A stretch of 50,837 nucleotides of DNA, counting the filler, from Catajapyx aquilonaris (Eukaryota): assembly GCA_000934665.2 (NCBI GenBank). It is 3 parts of 3 records of this genome, joined end to end, with 100 filler letters (N's around TTAATTAATTAA, not from the genome) between each part and the next. Parts side by side here need not be neighbours in the genome. Positions count along the whole stretch, not along the records: positions 33,940 to 50,837 come from JYFJ02007081.1; 2 more parts are not named here. One strand, given 5' to 3'. This document shows positions 48,217-50,837 of this stretch, piece after piece. The translations under genes were made by a program, and so were the position numbers. How positions within the stretch are numbered: the first letter of the stretch is position 1; each line of letters opens with the position of its first letter. The notes under the pieces were generated by a model. That model had not been told where the DNA came from and did not search any database. It worked only from the letters and a program-made list of their open reading frames with translations.

Positions 48217-50837
48217 GACATGTCACCTCGTCGGCCTGGGATAATTAAAGTGGATGTAAGAATGTGCTGTTAGTAGATATTGTTTCCTCCAGAGCTCAAA
48301 GAACTGGTCTACAAAGCCTACCTTTGCAATGTTTATACATGTGTACCGTACACTCCGTTGCAGGTTTCATGACTGTCTGCAGTGCGGTAGAATAAGCAAA
48401 CTATATGCTGCTCAGACGATTTCACGTCCAGTATGTGAGGATCATAATTTATGTGTATTTTTGTGAATGACCAGGTACTTCTTGAAAAGAGGAGCTGTTA
48501 TTATAGGACCATTCTAAAGTGACTTATTGCACCACTATGTTATGTATGGAGTAGTGCTCCATTGACGTGCTGGTTCCAACTGAATCGCTCTGGAGGTCTT
48601 ATAGGAGAGGCGAGAGGGTAATTCCATCTTCAGGCACCAAATAAGGAGAATTGCTTCAAAAAGGGGGGCGGGAGGTAGGCTACGATGTGTCCTGATTACA
48701 ATAATTCGTGTGCTGAACGGAATACGACATTTGAGGAACGAAATCCATGGCCAAGATTGGGATCATTCACTGTATGTATTATGTGCCCTGTGAGGCCCAG
48801 ATTTTTCTGAATTTCAATTCCTCCTTATCTGTCATCATGAGAGTGGTGTACTATCGTGTCACTGCACCTTTGTAGCATCCTCATCATAATATACGACAGA
48901 GTCTGAATGTATAAAGGCTGGCATTTACGTCTCGTTGTCTGTCAATTTTAATGTTGTCCTCTCTTGGCAATCACCAGTTCCAGATAAGTCTTCCACATAG
49001 GTTGCCACCTGAAACCATCTTCCTCGAATATTGGCGAGTCCAGGGCGAGTCACGTGAATAATATATTTATAGACATTTAATCATTGATAAGTGAATGGAG
49101 CTTGGTATAGATCTCGGGACAATAATATTATATACGGCACTCTCGTTTCCGCAGCTGGGTCGAATGATGAGATATAACCGGCTGATAATCCCTTCATGAG
49201 GCGATGATTAATGAAAGGGGCCCCAAGTCCAACGTTTTTGAGGCTATATGTGCTCCTCCAGAGACTTGATCTGACATTTTTCTAACAGCTTCACAGAGGC
49301 AGGTTGCCTTTGAAACCAGGATGTTTCTCAAACTTAATCGTTCTGACAGGGTCCTCCGAGGACTTTTCCGAGCACGGTTCAGAAACGATCAATGTAATCG
49401 CCAGATGAATCTCCCCTCTCGGTGAGGGCCTGATGTGCACAAGATTATAGCTATATAATGCAGCCGAGGTTTTTGTTTAAATTGAAAATAATCACTGGTT
49501 ATTTTTGAAAGTCATGGCATCCAGCCACAATGACGGAATGATATTTTTCTGGATATTTTAATGCGGATAATAATATCCCTCTTCCTCGACGCTGAATGAT
49601 TCTCAAGATGACTGCTTCAGGGTCCGTTCCGGTCTTCATGGATAGCGCTCCTATGTGTCTCTGCTATAATAAGTGCGGTAACTGCTGTATACTGAATGGT
49701 TTTACTCATAGGTATAATATCGAGACCGTGTATAAAGGGTGTAGCGCCGTGGAGAAGTGTATTAGAGAATTCGGACACATGACTTTCCTGTCACATGAAC
49801 ACACGCAGCACGAATATATATGCACCACAAGACTTTATAGCAATGGTCGGAAAAGGAGGAAGATCACCGCTATGATCGCCTTTCGAATGCCGCTCTGTTT
49901 TAGTCTGCCTGCTACATTCTCCTTTGTTGCAAAATATTAGTGTGTGATCAAGATTAGTGCAGTTAGCAATATTTCAAATCCATGTGAATAATGTAACGGA
50001 AACCCGTGATATATAATCACGCAGCGTGAATTATGCTATATACGAATGCTACTGTCTAATATATACGTACAAGAACAAAGCTATTCATGAAGTACTTTCT
50101 CTCCTATTAATATTACATCACACTGATCACAGGCCTTGGGCATGTCTTGAAAAACGTTATTGTGATTGTGGCTCGTCCGTCTATACACTATAATTATACT
50201 ATCATATTAGATCAAAAACTTTCCCTTCGGTAAAAAAAAGAGAAGTAAGACCTCCGCGGCGGAATAAAAGTTCTGAAACAAGGCAGGCGCACGTAAGACC
50301 TTCACCAATTGATTTAAGCTGTACCATAGGTCTTACTCAAGCAATTTCCAATTCACTGCTCATGAAGTCTCCTTTCTGAAAACAAATTTGTGGAATTTCT
50401 GTCGTCCTACTAGTTACTTCTAACTTAGCAGTACCAGTGTAGTGCAATGGTACTGCTTAGTGAGCAGTATCTTAGCTCTTATTGGCAGTATTAGTTTTCT
50501 ATGAGCCACTCCATATTAGTGTTTTCTGAAATTAGGAACTTCAATATTAAGCACATTGAATTTCTATGCGTTTAGTGCGAATTATTGCCATGAAACATTC
50601 ATGCAGAATCGTCACCTCTCTTTTAGATGCGGATTTTAACTCTAATGTTTAATTTTTCACATATAAACGTTATTGGTGAATTTTAAAGGGTCTTTTTCGA
50701 TTGGACCAAGTCTGATAGAATGGGTTTAGTTTTTCCCCCATTTTTTTTCTTTTCATAATAAAATCCTACCTACTGCTCGGAGTAGTTTGCAGCAGTCATT
50801 TTACGAGCCGTTCCATACCGTACTTGAGAATTGCTTG

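Noticed and set aside
48270..48330. VDQFFELWRKQYL resembling the BEL/Pao DUF5641 motif
   Set aside because: Single short match; no integrase, RT or LTR found nearby.

Overview
Eukaryotic, repeat-rich draft-assembly window, most likely arthropod/insect (spliceosomal introns, peritrophin genes, tRNA-derived SINEs, N-gaps and TTAATTAATTAA contig linkers). (1) A TA-flanked ~5.5 kb IS630-Tc1-mariner element (164-5655) encodes a transposase with exact DD82E (Sailor) spacing. It has 37-aa Pro-rich N-terminal repeats, a 10-bp insertion that frameshifts off the acidic tail, and unusual two-block inverted arms. The inner 121-bp block is ~97% conserved between arms, folds into several hairpins, and recurs (~82%) at 16.65 kb next to a GC-rich segment with an Arg-rich ORF and hierarchical tandem repeats. 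(2) A tandem pair of 4-exon chitin-binding (peritrophin-A/CBM14) genes: copy A (19510-26151) looks intact; copy B (28801-31148) has a GT>AT donor mutation and 3' frameshifts. (3) A hAT transposase relic, SINEs, many MITEs (Sola-like, PIF/Harbinger-like, piggyBac-like, hAT, pogo-like), a Helitron 3' end and microsatellites. (4) A ~15 kb decayed, possibly once-coding tract (35-50.8 kb) with a possible JmjC relic. All identities and alignments were counted by eye.
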